Shown piece after piece: positions 61,275 to 64,000 of a stretch of DNA of 64,000 nt. How positions within the stretch are numbered: the stretch's first letter is position 1; each line of letters starts with the position of its first letter. Both the position numbers and the translations under genes were made by a program. Below the pieces are notes generated by a model. That model ran no database searches, was not told the origin of the DNA, and was given only the letters and a program-made list of their open reading frames with translations. Location of the stretch: assembly GCA_947632405.1 (NCBI GenBank), contig CANRPE010000001.1, forward strand, positions 42,095 to 106,094, in the 5' to 3' direction. This DNA comes from an uncultured Bacilli bacterium. GTDB taxonomy: Bacteria > Bacillota_I > Bacilli_A > RF39 > UBA660.

Positions 61275-62033
61275 ATGGTAAAATTAGAAAATGGTGATAG
61301 TATGATAAATTTTATAATTTGTGAAGATGAGAAAACACTAAGAGAATCAACTAAAAATACAATTTTTAGTTATATGATGAATCATGATATTGACTACAAG
61401 ATATATGAATTTGAAGGTTATGATAAAAACTTTGAAGATATGGTAAAGAAAGATATAGGCTTTAAAATTTATTTCTTAGATATTGTAACTAAATGTGGTT
61501 CAGGAGTTGATGCTGCTAGAATCATAAGAGAAAAATATGATGATTGGGTATCTGCTATTATTATGATTACATCTCATCAAGAATATAAATATGAAGCTTT
61601 ATCTAGTAGACTGTTTTTACTAGATTTTGTAAATAAATTAGATAATTGTAGTAAGAAAATTAGAGAAGATATTGCTATTGCTATGAAAACATATGATAAA
61701 AGATATAAAATGCTAAGTTATGAATATAATCATACTTATTATAAATTAGAATATAGACAAATTATTTATATTGAGAAAGAACCAGATAGTAAAAGATGTA
61801 TAATTAAAACAAAAGAAAATTCACAATTAATTCCAGGAACATTAAATGAAGTATATAAGTTATTAGATGATAGATTTTTTAAAGTTCATAAAAGTTTAAT
61901 AATAAATTTAGATGAAATAGCAAGATATGAAATTAGAAAGAATAAAATTGTATTTAAAAATGGTGATCATACTCATTTAATTTCAAGGAACAATAAAAAG
62001 GAGTTGATTAAACGTGTCTGTGCCCGTAGTTAA
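61275..62033 (+). CDS. LytTR-family response regulator (AgrA-like)
   Basis: A receiver domain (FIICEDE, aspartate region YFLDIV) and a C-terminal LytTR DNA-binding domain (IIYIEKE...FFKVHKSLIINLDEI). Confidence 0.8.
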   Translation: MVKLENGDSMINFIICEDEKTLRESTKNTIFSYMMNHDIDYKIYEFEGYDKNFEDMVKKDIGFKIYFLDIVTKCGSGVDAARIIREKYDDWVSAIIMITSHQEYKYEALSSRLFLLDFVNKLDNCSKKIREDIAIAMKTYDKRYKMLSYEYNHTYYKLEYRQIIYIEKEPDSKRCIIKTKENSQLIPGTLNEVYKLLDDRFFKVHKSLIINLDEIARYEIRKNKIVFKNGDHTHLISRNNKKELIKRVCARS

Positions 62034-63303
62034 ATTAATATGTTCTATTATGATGGCAATTATAGGACTAATTTTTATTAAGAAAATAAGTGGAAGTAAC
62101 GAAAATTTATTAAAATTAAGAAATCTTGCTTTAATGTTATGTTTAATAATATTACCAGGTGTTATTTATAATTTAAGTTATAGCTATATTTATTCAATTG
62201 TATTTTATATTATTACTATAATAACATATAAACAAATATTAAATATTAGTTATACAAAAGCAACAGTGTCTTGTGGAATTATGTTAATTTACATTGCAAT
62301 ATTAGATTTTTTATCAATGTGCTTTGTAGTTGCATTTATTCCAATAGAAATAGCTAGAAATACATGGTATATGAACATTATTATAAATGTGGTTTTTTGT
62401 ATTATTTTATTATTTACATGTTATAAAACAAAATTAGGAGTAGTACTTACAAAATTAATTAATAAGATTTCAGAAAAGAAACAAACAAAAATAGTTATTT
62501 TCTTTATTCTAATATTAATAGCTATGAGTATAGTATTATCACTATCAAGCCGAAAAGTTACTATTTCAGAAATGTTTAGCACTAACTTTCTATTATTTAT
62601 TATTTTCTTCTTATTAATAATTATTTTATTTACTGAAAGAAATAGTTATGATAAATTATCCGATGAATATGATAGTTTATTCGAATATGTCAAAATTTTT
62701 GAAGATTGGATTGAAAAAGAAAGATTTATTAGACATGAATATAAAAATCAGTTAGCTGTATTATTTGCTATGACAAAAGAGAAAAAGGTAAAAGATAAAA
62801 TTAATAGTATTATTGATGAAACAATTGATATTGATAAAGATATGATTCAATCATTGACAGGTTTACCAAATGGTGGTTTAAAAGGTTTGCTTTATTATAA
62901 AATTGCTGTAGCAAAAAAGAAAAAAGTAAATATTGAAATAGATGTAAATAGTAAAGTAGAAAAATTACTTAAAAAGCTAGATGATAATCAAATAACTATT
63001 CTTTCTAAATTAATAGGTGTTTATTGTGATAATGCAATTGAAGCATCATTAGAAACCAAGAAAAAGATTGTTTCAATTGAAATTTATAGTTTTGATAAGA
63101 AAATTAATATTGCCATTAGTAATACATTTGATAAAAATAAAGATATTACTAATCGAAATGAAAAAGGCTTTTCAACAAAAGGTGAAGGTAGAGGTAATGG
63201 ATTATATTATGCAACTAAAATTTTAAATAAAAATAAATGGATTAAAGAAAATCAAAAAATTGTAAATGATATTTATATAGAAAAATTAGAAATAACTTTA
63301 TAA
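62014..63303 (+). CDS. AgrC-like membrane sensor histidine kinase (HPK10)
   Basis: Six or seven N-terminal TM helices, an H-box region RHEYKNQLAV, and a C-terminal GHKL G-box (GEGRGNGLYY). It overlaps the response regulator gene. Confidence 0.8.
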   Translation: MSVPVVKLICSIMMAIIGLIFIKKISGSNENLLKLRNLALMLCLIILPGVIYNLSYSYIYSIVFYIITIITYKQILNISYTKATVSCGIMLIYIAILDFLSMCFVVAFIPIEIARNTWYMNIIINVVFCIILLFTCYKTKLGVVLTKLINKISEKKQTKIVIFFILILIAMSIVLSLSSRKVTISEMFSTNFLLFIIFFLLIIILFTERNSYDKLSDEYDSLFEYVKIFEDWIEKERFIRHEYKNQLAVLFAMTKEKKVKDKINSIIDETIDIDKDMIQSLTGLPNGGLKGLLYYKIAVAKKKKVNIEIDVNSKVEKLLKKLDDNQITILSKLIGVYCDNAIEASLETKKKIVSIEIYSFDKKINIAISNTFDKNKDITNRNEKGFSTKGEGRGNGLYYATKILNKNKWIKENQKIVNDIYIEKLEITL

Positions 63304-63308
63304 AAAAA

Positions 63309-63338
63309 TCCTGAATTTGTAATTTCAGGATTTTTATT
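63309..63338. terminator. bidirectional hairpin between the convergent kinase gene and agrD
   Basis: Stem TCCTGAA/TTCAGGA with loop TTTGTAA, A-rich upstream and T-rich downstream. Confidence 0.6.
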
Positions 63339-63343
63339 TATAA

Positions 63344-63466
63344 TTAATCATCAAAACTATTTAATGCTTTTGGTTCATCAAGAACAAACCATACACATCC
63401 CATGCTAGCAGCTCCTGTAGCAAGTAATGCGATTGCACTAACGAATGCAGCAATTTTCTTTGTCAT
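63344..63466 (-). CDS. agrD: AgrD-like autoinducing peptide precursor (40 aa)
   Basis: My translation gives MTKKIAAFVSAIALLATGAASMGCVWFVLDEPKALNSFDD. An AAGGAG Shine-Dalgarno lies 7 nt upstream. It sits directly downstream of agrB. The Cys-X4 then acidic-Pro tail (CVWFV-LDEPK) matches the AgrD pattern (Listeria CFMFV-YEPK, S. aureus CDFIM-DEVEVPK). It is not in the ORF track. Confidence 0.75.
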   Translation of the reverse strand: MTKKIAAFVSAIALLATGAASMGCVWFVLDEPKALNSFDD

Positions 63467-63516
63467 ACTTCTACTCCTTTCTTCTTCTTATTTATTATAA
63501 ATATCAATAATGATAT

Positions 63517-64000
63517 TTATACATTATTATAATTATTAAAAGGTTGCTTTAATAATTTATACATAATAGGATTAACCATGATTGCTTCAATAATTACACT
63601 TATAATAAATATAGAAGCTAAACTTTTATTCTTAATATATAAAGCAATAACAATATATATAGCAGCTAATAAGATAGTAGCAATTTTTCTAAATATTCTC
63701 TTTTTCTTATTCTTTAAAGGTCTCTTAATTGTATCAGCAGGAGCAAATAATAAGAAATTAATAATACAAACTATACCAATCATAAGAATACTAAAGTTAG
63801 TTATATTAATATTTAATAATATATATGGTAAAACGATAAAGCATATAATTGAGGAAATTAAACATTCACTACTTTTTCTAGCATGTATACCGAATCCAAA
63901 ATATCTTAAAAAATTAAATAAAATTAAAATATAAAAAACTTCTTTTAATATTCCTAATATTATTGCTAGAGCAATAATAATTATCATCTTTGTAATTGTT
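63517..64000 (-). CDS. agrB: AgrB-family AgrD-processing membrane peptidase (N-terminus runs off the window)
   Basis: RYFGFGIHARKSSEC aligns with the AgrB catalytic His/Cys region RRHAHGAHAPSSFWC. LFAPADTIKRPLKNKKKR matches [21 protein letters not shown], and IIEAIMVNPIM matches IIEAITLLPIF. Confidence 0.8.
   Translation of the reverse strand, partial: TITKMIIIIALAIILGILKEVFYILILFNFLRYFGFGIHARKSSECLISSIICFIVLPYILLNINITNFSILMIGIVCIINFLLFAPADTIKRPLKNKKKRIFRKIATILLAAIYIVIALYIKNKSLASIFIISVIIEAIMVNPIMYKLLKQPFNNYNNV

Noticed and set aside
1-64000. rRNA, tRNA, CRISPR arrays, transposases, integrases and phage genes.
   Set aside because: No intergenic region is long enough or has the conserved tRNA T-loop/acceptor or rRNA signatures. 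No spaced direct-repeat arrays were seen. No ORF shows DDE transposase or tyrosine/serine recombinase motifs. The rsmG-noc island has no flanking direct repeats or integrase that I can see.

Overview
This is an origin-proximal chromosomal segment of a very AT-rich (about 27% GC) Firmicute that uses the standard genetic code. No rRNA, tRNA, CRISPR array, transposase or integrase genes are visible. The gene order is a Bacillus-like oriC neighbourhood. On the minus strand, from the window start upward, it runs yaaT/ricT (partial), holB, bofA-like, recR, ybaB, dnaX, tadA, gyrA, gyrB, recF, comK-like, a hypothetical, dnaN, dnaA and the bipartite DnaA-box oriC region. On the plus strand it continues with rpmH, rnpA, yidC, jag, mnmE, mnmG and rsmG, then an accessory island of about 10 kb, then noc-like, soj, spo0J, DUF951, abgT, ychF, rpsF, ssb, rpsR, a DHH protein, rplI, dnaB helicase, an M23 peptidase, yycJ, rlmH, ung, lemA, pduL, a class A PBP, DUF1934-argS, rpoE (delta), prfA, prmC, spoIIR-like, mntP, murA, rpmE, rpiB, an M23 peptidase, mreB/mbl, tagO-like and an agr-type quorum-sensing locus at the window end. 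Sporulation-associated genes (bofA-like, spoIIR-like, comK-like) together with the RNA polymerase delta subunit suggest an (ex-)endospore-forming low-GC lineage, possibly Erysipelotrichia/Clostridia-like; this is inference. The main candidate for an undescribed system is the island at about 20990-31215, inserted into the otherwise universally conserved rsmG-noc junction. It is an atypical, apparently minimal type VIIb-like secretion locus. It has an EssC/YukB-type FHA-FtsK ATPase and an EsaB/YukD ubiquitin-like protein but no recognisable EssB, EsaA or EssA. It is flanked by two DUF4176-like paralogues, an 850-aa non-membrane modular protein and four small helical proteins, two of which carry degenerate WXG motifs (W-A-C and W-S-D). 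Other observations: an agrB-agrD pair converging on a LytTR regulator/AgrC-like kinase pair, with a 40-aa AgrD precursor that the ORF track misses; a ComK homologue inside the dnaN-recF interval; a cupin gene interrupted by an in-frame TAA; and a CCCGGG-centred palindromic repeat element present in the gyrA/tadA intergenic region and again inside dnaX.
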